Assembly: GCA_965285935.1 (NCBI GenBank)
Contig: OZ260663.1
Span: 97,092,001 to 97,156,000, forward strand
From: Ophelia neglecta
Taxonomy: Eukaryota
Reading direction: 5' to 3'
Length of the DNA: 64,000 nt
Below, in pieces: positions 1-11,100 of the stretch. Position 1 is the first letter of the stretch, and each line of letters opens with the position of its first letter. The position numbers were made by a program, and so were the translations under genes. The notes below the pieces were generated by a model. That model did not search any database and was not told the origin of the DNA. It worked only from the letters and a program-made list of their open reading frames with translations.

Positions 1-2163
1 CCTTTTAGGTATTGGGTTAATGCAAGTAGCATGACTACGCCATTATTGAAATATAAACATTCTACTGAGGTATATTGTCTGAAATAACCGACCAGGGAGT
101 GTTATCGGCTGCTCTATATTCTTTACTTGTGTGCCATAGCTTTCTGTTGATGTGGGTTAAGCCTTCCGGGCAGGGTACAATCACCAGGGACCAACATGTA
201 CTCTCGCACGAGGGCGGCCTATAATACAAGGGAAATATATTTTCTCCCGGCAGAGGACGTCCTGGAATCCCAAGTCATCAATCTTAGATATCCACACCAT
301 ATATCCACACCAGGGAATGGCCTTAACTATTTTAAGGCATGTTAACAAAACTGGGGCGTTGGTATACGCACCCCCCCCCTTTAGTTATAATGAAATGCTG
401 CCCCCCCCCCCATGATGGGTTGTTACGTAAAGCCGACGCCCTCGTATGGGGGATATGGGGTCTAACGAGCGCATATACCTGTAAAAAGCTAGATTTTCAG
501 CAAGGAGGCTGCCTTAGATCGACCACGTGGCCCAGAGCTGGAGGTATAGGAATGAATATACAGTACATATGAGGAGAGGGTTGAAAAGGAAAACACAGTG
601 TAGATTATGACAAATTAGAAGCGATGTCTATGATCCACCAAGCGTATTGAAATAGTCTGTAATAACCAATCGCTTACTTTATTATGGAGAACATTCCTTT
701 CCTTTTGGCCAAGTTGGCGGAGCCTTAATGTCTTGTTATGTAACGCATCGACGATTTTATAGAAAGTCAACACTTGAATGAAAGAAGTCAACTAAACCGC
801 AGGTAAAAACACCTAAGATATCTATAGACGAGGTGGTTTATACCGTGGGTGTACAACTCTACTTCTGATTATAAGCATGTGGTGACTTAAAATCGGACAA
901 AATGGCGGAAATGCTGCGAATAAATAGTAAATGATGATATATTTCAACATTCTATACAGCATTGCAGGTATTGTTGTATTATGAGTAAAAATCAGGGTAT
1001 TTCCTCTGGAAGCCAAAGACAACATGCGTGATTGCACTGCATTGCCTAGGTTTGTTTAAATTAACTTTACCCGTGCTTGCCATGGACCTTATGAATTTGT
1101 GGTTAAAAAGTATATTATTTGTCCGCAAAGTCAGTTTAAGAATGAAACTTTTTTGCAATTCCAAATGAGCCTTATTTCAAAAGTAGTGACATCACTCCTT
1201 ACTAACGTAATTTCAACAAACCTATGGGCTAAAGTAAAGCATACACCTGAGTTTGAAGAGGAAAACTCGCCTCGTGACAGCAAATTTGTCCTAACGTTAT
1301 TAGAGCATATTAACCGAAGAAAAACATTACTTCTGACTTTAAGAGCCAAAATAATATTTAGTAACAATAGCACGGTGCAATCCGGCCTGAACAATTTAAT
1401 TAAATTAAAATTAAAAATATATTCATATAATATCTAAATATCAGAAAAGTGCAACTTGCATGTATAAATATCATGCTGTTTACGTAAATTCTGTGACATT
1501 ATTTCAATAAAAAGCAATTTATACTATTGTAATGTATAAGACAAATTTATTAATCACTGGTTAATTTGTATATCTAACTATTTGTTTATTTAACTTTCCC
1601 CTTACAAGGGTGAACAATACTAAGGTTGGTTATAATACATAATAAAGGAAGTATTCATGTCTCCAAATTTTACCCAGATGCAAGGCAGAGAAAAAAACGT
1701 TGATTTGTTTAGGAAATGCACACAAGCACTGGTAAATCAAATCAACAACTAGCGGGGAATGGTGTATCAAACTTTATTCACAAAGTTGGATAGTAATAAA
1801 TGAGAGTACCTCTCGTCAGGGGCTTACAATAACAAGGGTCAAATGTCCATTTTTCCCGGGGGGGGGGGGGGGGCTGCCTAGGGCCTCAAGATAAGGTGTT
1901 CCAAGAGCTCCTTTCCTAATTACGCCTCTGCTATGGCTGTTTTAAGGAACCCCATTTCTTACTCCGCCCTTAGTATATCTGTTCTAAGCACACTCAGGCT
2001 AGAATGACCACGTGACTCGTAAGGTAAATATAAACTGACTTGCATTGATAATAAATTCACAAATATCGCTCAAATTTAAACAAACAAAAACACAGTGATT
2101 GATAGTCGTTGTCAGTGATGCTGAAAGAAATGTTGCCGTTTATTGACATTTCTAAATTCAAAG

Positions 2164-5100
2164 ATGGCGGCTTTGATACATTTGTCTGTGTTTATGGTTA
2201 CAATTCTGACTATGGGGCGCAGCATTTCAGGTAATGGAGTACCACAATGTAAATAAAAAAGCATTTTATTATCATTTTTCACAGAGCTGTATTGTCGAAT
2301 ATGGATCGAATGGGGCTTTTATACATTTCTATATCCGACCATGATAAAAGCGTTCCAAGGAACCCCCTTTTTCTGAATCCACCCTGATCATGGCTGCTCT
2401 AAGACACCCAGTACTTACTTATCATGACTGTACTAAAACACCCTTCACCTTATTCCGACGTGATTACAGCTGTTCTAAGACTCCCCTTTTCTCACTAAGT
2501 GTCGTCTCAGCTCACTCAGTTTAATGACATTTTGTCAATGTAAATCAAATTGCGCAAATGTATTCAACTTAGAAGTACTTGGAAATACAAAAGCACAATT
2601 CACCCGACGATTGCCTGTGCCAACTTTATTATGAGCTTAGTGTTTACCTGTGCGTCTTATTGTCAATGACTTTGAATCCTGGAATGCGCCCATAGAACAT
2701 TATTACATTATTGTCAATGCTGCCTTAGCAATACAAACAGCATGAGTGACACAGTCAAGCTAAATATACAAGAAATGAAGGTTTGAAGATCACCGCTGCG
2801 TATAACCGCTGCGTATCAGAATATAAAGGTCTGAATAATGTATTTGTGTTAATGGATACAGTTTTGGTCATGTTTGGCGGCATTTTCAGTTATTGGATTA
2901 ACGCAAGTGACATAACTACACCTTAGCACGTCCTCCCGGAGGTATATAATCAAACACTGCCCTAAGGCTGCTATATATCCCAACATGGTTTACTACAGGA
3001 AATATTTTACAATTTGATTTCTCCTGTGTGTAAAATTCTAGCCTCTCTGTGAATAGGAATCTAAATAGTCCCCCGTGTTCACAGTCAATAAGAGTACCAA
3101 CTTTTAATAAAAGCCTTAACTCGAGAAGACGTGCTCCACACAACCACGCACTTGGGTCTGAATAGATAAGATGACATGTTTTCGACATATTGCCAGATGT
3201 CTTTGTATCGTGACTAAGCCCGATGAATGGTAAGTTTGCAATGTCAACAGACCTTTTATAAATCAAGCATTCTAAAATCTTATAGAATTTTACCAGAAAT
3301 TGTCCCCAGGGAAGAAGTGAGCAAAGAATTCTCGAAGCCACCCTTTCCATATATATACAGAAAATACAGTCACCCGACACCGTCGAGCATAAGGAAATAA
3401 CCTTCCATTTCCAGACATAATTTGTTTGACTTTCAGTTCAGCCTGAAGAAAATTTCTGGAGTTCTTTGGGAATAGGATAGATTAAGAGCATGAGGATTAA
3501 GTTGAACGAAAACAAAATGTTCTCACGATATATTTATGGAAGAGGCTCGTATTTTGTTCGGGGTAAATTGAGTGCAATTTCAATTTGTATCAAACTTAAA
3601 TTTTGCGATAAAAAACTACAACAAGGACATTTATGATAACATTGGAACAAAAATAATGTTCGAAATAAGTCTTCTAGACCCCCTAACCCCCCACCCCCAC
3701 CCCTTTCTCTTACACACACTTATCTAACGTTGCATACCTTATTCATCGCTTCCTGTGAATCCGATTCTAGACACGTGCCACGGACATGCATGCATAATAC
3801 AGGTTATTTGTTTAATTCTAGCTGCACGGCGTAGCACCGGATTAATAGAAAGTCTACACACTTATGTGAATAGATATCAAACAAACCAGCACGATAGACG
3901 CCGAGATAGCTATGGACGAGGAAGTTACGTCTGTATACCGACGTGTATAACACGACTCCTGATTTTAACGCTGTATTAAATGTTAAAGCACGGCAATATG
4001 GCGGTTGTGCTTCACATGGCAACATTTCTGGTGATAGTTTTGAGCGTTTTGTGCGGCATTTCAGGTATTACTTTACTACCAGTACGATTTCTGTGTCTTT
4101 ATTAAAAATGCACGTTTTTATCTTGAATAAAGTTCTCTAAAGTAACTTTAATGGTGCTCTAATACAGTTCTCTGTCTTTTTACTTGTTTTCCAAAGGTAC
4201 CTGCCGATACGGACTCCAAGTTACATGTGCATTCCAATGTCGGTGTACCATGGGTAATTGTCACTCCGACACAGGCGAGTGTCCATCTGGGGGAAATTGC
4301 ACACTGTGGAATCCTGGAGCTATACCATGGAATGGGCTGGGGTGTAGAATAGGTTAGTTTTATACCCCGCAGTCAAATTAAACTGCAAACTCTAAAAACG
4401 TATCAAGTAAAACGTTGGTTTTTATGCATATATATCGTTTTCATATATTTTTCATAGACAATATATCTATTTACATATCTATAGCAAAGTTGTTTGGTAG
4501 GTAACGTTGCGTTCAACAAACCATCAAGGCAATCCGGTATCAAAGATGGTAATGGTCCTGGCGCTGCAGTAGATGGAGAGGTGGGTGAGTCGTTGGGCGA
4601 TGGAAAGTGTTCTCATATAACACAGTCACAAGACAGTCTCTGGTGGATGGTGGACCTCGGCCAAATGCATATCGTGTACAATGTGATTATTTATGGGGAA
4701 AAGGCTAAAGGTGAGTGCAATAATAAACATATAATGAGTTGATTGAGTATCGTGTCGTAGATATTCTTTGTCCTTTTTTCTGTCTAGTCGGCTATATATT
4801 TAATGCGATGGTCTTTCTATTCACTGAAACATATCTAATAATTGTTTATATATTTAAATGAATAGAAAAGTTGGACAAGTACAACATTTTAGTAGGAAAC
4901 TCCACTGTAGCGCTCAGCAATTCTCACTGCGGGTCCAGCGACAGCGCAGACAATTCTCAGTCAGATTATACTAATGTGACATGTGACCAGGGAACGCCGG
5001 TCGTGGGTAACAAAGTGGTACTACAGTCAAATGAACTAAATGACATTATCGTCTGTGAGCTGGTTGTCATAGGGAGGACATTTGTAGGTATGACCGCCTA

Positions 5101-8100
5101 TATAACCCATATATTGATCCGACAAGAAGCACACAAATAAATACGAGACATAATTTTCCATCATACCTTGTAGTTTTCATTCAGATTGTGCCCTGTGTCC
5201 GGCGACCAGTACATGTGACGACTACCAAGGATGTAGTCAATGTCCCGAGAGATTTAGACTACCCGATTGTAAAGGTGGGCTCCAATAAAATAGTGCCGAG
5301 TTAATTATGAATAATGTCCCGTTATTAAGTAATGATACACACCAATAGCACTGAACGTTTGTTTCTCTTTGTACATTTAAGAATGTTCAGTAGGCTTGGT
5401 AGGAGAGAACTGCTGTAGCCCACACTGTAAAGATCAGGATTGTGTAAAGGAGACAGGAGTGTGCTCTAATGGGTGTAACTATACATTGACCGGTGGATTG
5501 GAGACAAGTGTGATGAGCAATTACGTGAGTATAAAATACTTGAAATAGAAAAATATATATATATGTATTCGTTTATTGCCATGAAAATTGCCAAACATTT
5601 GTTTAATTTTCTTTCATTCGTTCAAAGCTGTGATGCAGTTTGGACCCAGTGACACTGTAGACAGAACTCCGGTTGAGGTAACAACACAATCTGTGACGTG
5701 GCGCTGGAAAGAGTTTAGAACCGTTTCACCGCAGGCTGCTTTTTTTGTGGGGTTTCAAATTGTCTACCGTGAGGTTGGCTACGCAGCCTGGACTATAGGA
5801 GCAGACGTTCCATACAAAGACACTGAATGGCAGCAGGGAACTGTCAGCCAGCTACATCCAGACACAGAGTACGAGTTTGACCTGCAGGCGTACAGGAAAA
5901 AAGATGGTACGGTACATATTGGACCCTCAACTTACGTAAAGTCAGGATTATCTAATGAAGGACCTCTCCGTACTCGCACTTTAGGTAAAATAAGTGTTAT
6001 GATGACCTATCCCAAGGGCGATTTTGTTTTACTTTTTGATTTTGATATTGCAATCTATAATAATTTTACTAAATGTCTGTCTGATAATTTAGATATGTCA
6101 TATCTCAATTCTTTAACAGGATTACACAAAAATTATCCATTTATCGATTAATGTAAACTTATTATTATGTCATGATAGTTTTCATATAATTTATTTTAAT
6201 TTATTGCTGCCCTAGGAGGAACCACACCTGTACTACCTTCAACACAACCAAAGCCTGTATCCTCGACCCAAACAACCAATGTAAAGACCAACCAGACCGC
6301 CCCAACAACCACACCTGTACTACCAACAACACAACACCAGTCTGAATCATCGACTCACCTAAACAATGTACAGCCCAACCAGACTGACCCAACAACCACA
6401 CCTGTACTACCAACAACACAACCACAGCCTGTATCCTCGACCGAACCAACCAATGTACAGACCAACCAGACTGACCCAACAACCACACCTGTACTACCAA
6501 CAACACAACCCCAGTCTGAATCATCGACCCAATCAAACAATGTAAAGACCAACCAGACTGACCCAACAACCACACCTGTACTACCAACAACACAACCACA
6601 GCCTGTATCCTCGACCCAACCAACCAATGTACAGACCAACCAGACTGACCCAACAACCACACCTGTACTACCAACAACACAGCCACCGCCTGTATCCTCA
6701 ACCCAACCAACCAATGCAAATACCAACCAGACTGACCCAATAACCACACCTGTACTGCCAACAACACAATCCCCGCCTGTTTACTCGCCCCAACCCACCA
6801 ATCTAACGACCAACCAATCTGACCTAACATCCACACCTGTACTACCAACAACACTAAACCAGTCTGAATCATCGACTCACCTAAACAATGTACAGACCAA
6901 CCAGACTGACCCAACAACCACACATGTACTACCAACAACACAACCACAGCCTGTACCATTGACACTTAAAACCAGCGTACAGACCTTGGAGCCAAACACA
7001 CAAACTACTTCTAGGACTGTCATAGTGATATCATCGTCGCCTACTGTATCTTCGTTCACCGCATTTGACAACAATACGTCCAAGAAAAGTTCCGTGTCTG
7101 AGGTCTTAACAATGCCACTGCCCATAGGACTCGTAGCCGGGGTAACTGTGGGAATCCTGCTTCTTCTTTTAATATTAGGAGGCATTATCTTCTTCTTTGT
7201 GAAGTAAGTCTACACGCTCCATAGAAAACATACCGCATTGATAAATCATACGTCTTCGAATATTAATAGTCACCAAATATTTACATTTATAAATTAATAT
7301 ATAATCATACATTTAGAAGAAAAAAAGCCCCTAAAGATGGAGTTGTAGATGAGGAAATAACATTTCCTAAGGAAGAACTGCAGCCAAATACTGCAGGTAT
7401 TGTTTTAACAATAATTTTGTATAAAGATGTTGCTTTATCGTTCAGTACAGCAGGGCGTCACTGATTAATCCTGACTAAGCGATAGCTTTATTCAGGCAGT
7501 TGTTGAAAACATTGTAAAAACCAACAACACCAACACTTCATTACTGATGCACTGAATTTGTCTACAGAGCCCAATTATTATTATACCACGGCACTGGAAG
7601 AAGGCAATACACATGTTGCCAGCGATGATGAAAATGAGGAAATGGATGCATTGAACTCTGGGACGGGACTAGCGGAAGCAGTCAATGGCAACGCAGGCGC
7701 ATCGGCGGTTTCGAGAAGTAGCATCATACGACTAGAAAAATTGAGATCTTATATTGAGAACCTGAATGCTGATGACCGATACAAAGACGAATTCAACGTA
7801 CATACCATGGCATTTATCATCATTGTCTATATAACATCAGGCCAATTTCGCATACATTTGTTATTGTAGATTGAAAAAAAGTCGTCTTATGCAAAAATTC
7901 TCATTATTTTATAGAACATCCCCAGCCACGAGATGTTGGAATGTGTCGCCGCTAGTATGCCGAAAAACAATTTAAGAAACAGATTTAAGAACATAAAAGC
8001 CTGTACGTTTAAGCTTTATATGTTTATCTTTGAGTACGAATTTATTTATACAGCTTTAAGCACCACCTCTATAATAAGACCACATGTCAGTTCAGACCAC

Positions 8101-11100
8101 TAATATGAAGACCGTGCTGTATACTTTCAATGAGAGAGCAACCTGTCTAAACAGACCACCTCCGAAATCAAACCAGCATTTTCCAGTCCCTGGGGTGGTC
8201 TTAATTCACAGGTTTCACTGCATATTGTTCTAATGTGGATAATTTATTGTTTCCTTCTGTCACCGTCAGATGATTCCACACGTGTTGTTCTGGAACTGGA
8301 CCCCAATGACTCTGATTCGGATTATATTAATGCCAACTACATAACAGTGAGTAAAAAATGTATCAAAATTGAGCAAGTATATCGTGTTGTTGACTTCATG
8401 TTCATTGCAGTAATTGCTATTTTAAAGTAATTGCTTATATTCAAATTAAATTAATTTTCTTCCACAGTGACACGTTTTATTCTTCATTGTGTTTATTTTA
8501 ATATACTACATGTTATAAGTGTGTACTTAGGTGTCTATTTGAAAATATACTTTAATTGAACTTAATTTGTTGCATTCCTCATTTCAATCAAGGGGTACAA
8601 GGACTTGAAGAAAGCCTATGTAGCTACACAAGGTAGGGCGATTTCTTGTTTGTCTTTATCAGATAGTTTAAGCGCTGACTATCGTTTGCGGCAAGGTCCT
8701 CTATGTTTATGTATTGTTTTTACGGTTCTAATGTGCTTTACCTTTTCAGTCTTATATTTTTTGAAAATAATAGTTGTCAGTTTGTCTCTGCTAGCTCCTA
8801 ATAAACACACAACAGCAGAATTTTGGACCATGATATGGCAACTTAAATCAAACAGAATCATTATGCTTACAAGATTATTTGAAAACTGCGAGGTAAATAT
8901 GTGTTTGGTTCCTTTCTATTAGAAAATTATGACGTGAAGCGTGATATCCTACATGAGCTTCAAGGAAAGTCATTATTATTCCGCTCATCTAATTTTATAT
9001 TGCAGAAAAAAAGCGTGCAATACTGGTCCGATAAAGTTGGATATATGAAAAAGTTTGGCCAATTCAAAATTGAGACAACGAAGAGGGATACATTTACCGA
9101 CTATGCTTTTAGTATACTGCGTGTAACCAAGGCGGTAGGCTTTATATTTTTCGTTTCAGTTTCATAATATTAAATATTTATTGATGCTGAACCATCTGCT
9201 ATAAGAACGACATGTTTGATACAATAACGCCTAAGTCCATTTGCACTTTAAGGGCGAGTCTCGCACAGTGCGCCATCTCCAGTATCTAAGTTGGCCCGAC
9301 AAGTCGGCGCCGAGAGACGCCGACCCACTGCTCGCCTTCAGGAGGAAGGTCAGATCTTTAGACAATGTCAGCCATGGTCCTATGATTGTGCACTGCAGGT
9401 ATGTACAAATATTTAGACTATGTCTGTAATGTATACATTAATGGTGGAATAATTGAAACGTCGCCTTTTACCTGCAATGTTCAAGTGTTTCATTATGTAC
9501 TGTATTCTTCAATACTATCCACATGATTCCCTAACCAGTGCCGGTATAGGCCGAACCGGGACGTTTATTGCCCTGGACTTCCTGCTGCAGCAGGCAAATG
9601 CTGAATCTCAAATCGACGTCGTAACCCTTGTAAACCACATGAGAACAGAACGAATGAAAATGATTCAAACCTTGGTACATGCACAGATAAAACACATCTT
9701 GTATTTGTAATAATTTCATTAGAGTAGGATACATCCTGAAAGCTGTTTAATCAAGGAAAGAATGTTTTACATTCGTATTAAATAATGAAGTTATAACAGT
9801 TTAACATCCAAATTTGACAGGTATTTTGTATTATTGTTTCCAGGACCAGTATAAATTTGTGTACACGGCCGTTTTGGAGGCTGTAACCATCGGGGATACA
9901 GCTATACCATACTATGAACTGCAAAAACGATTGACTGCACTAACCTCCGTGGACAAAACAGGATTATACCCACTGAAGACTCAGTTTTCTGTAATAGCCA
10001 ATTTTGCCTTTAGCAATAATTGCTTAGTTTTGTTCATCATTTATCCATCGTATTGAGAGTTTTGATAATCAAATATTAAAATTAACATTACATAGATATT
10101 GAAGGAATTGAAATACACTGAACCAGGGGAAGCGAGTGACGGACAAAAACAGATAAATGTGGGCAAGAACAGAACTTTGAAAATTATTCCTGGTAAGAAA
10201 GCGTCCCATTAATGCAACAATAGGCTTAGTTTCATTTTATACTTTAGAGGTTATCGAGGAAAACTGATTAAATTGGTGAATTCGGTGAGAATTGTTATCA
10301 TTAGAACATTCTTGTTGACATCAAATAATGATAAACATCCTTTTGGCAAGAATTTTTTTGATTATAAGTTTGGCAATTACTGAATATGGCCTAAGTTGCA
10401 ACAGAGTTTAAGCCAAAATGGCCTAAATACCAACCTTCAAGATGAAAACTGTTTAAGTGACATGGTTGGCCAGTATCATCATTGGCTAAGCTACATCAAT
10501 ATTGAAACATGGCAAAAGGGACACTGAAATATAGCCTAATTAACAAATTAAAAATTGGGAAGTGACATGGTAGATAAACTCTTTATATATTGAATAATCA
10601 CTGCTTTCATACCAATTTCATTAAGGCTATATTTAGGAAGTTAGCTACAATAAGTATGTCATTTTGGTATACACAAATCCCAAGCGACCAAAGGGTCATT
10701 TGGGTCTTCTTTTATCGTTCATGCGTATTCACGTGTTTTTTTTATATACGAACATGCTGGATAATTTCAATAAGAATTGCCTCCTTCTTGTTTAGTTTAT
10801 CCATTTGCTCGTATATTTATGATAATGACCTTATGTTTACAGATGACAGTATGAGACCCAGACTGGTGACTTCGGGAGCTCATGACAACACTTACATCAA
10901 CGCTGTGTTTGTCGACGTTAGCAGATTTACTTTTCTTCATTTATAAAATATATTTGAACCCCATAAGCAGAACCATTGTTTAACAATTATTTTGTGTTAA
11001 TGATACATTTACACTATTTGACTATATTGACTAAATACAGGTATACGACAATATATATAAATGCAGGTGTTAATATGTAAAGCTTGCTATTTTATTACAG

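Noticed and set aside
332-728. TTAAGGC...GCCTTAA-bounded element
   Set aside because: The inverted match is only a few bases, which is insufficient to call TIRs.
2916-3380. 154-aa minus-strand ORF (also 1099-1437 and 61485-61871)
   Set aside because: No recognisable motifs or splice support; intronic or intergenic chance ORFs.
6201-6965. 254-aa hydrophobic repetitive ORF on the minus strand (and 6355-6747)
   Set aside because: Antisense shadow of the + strand mucin repeat exon, which is in frame with the TM and has proper splice sites.
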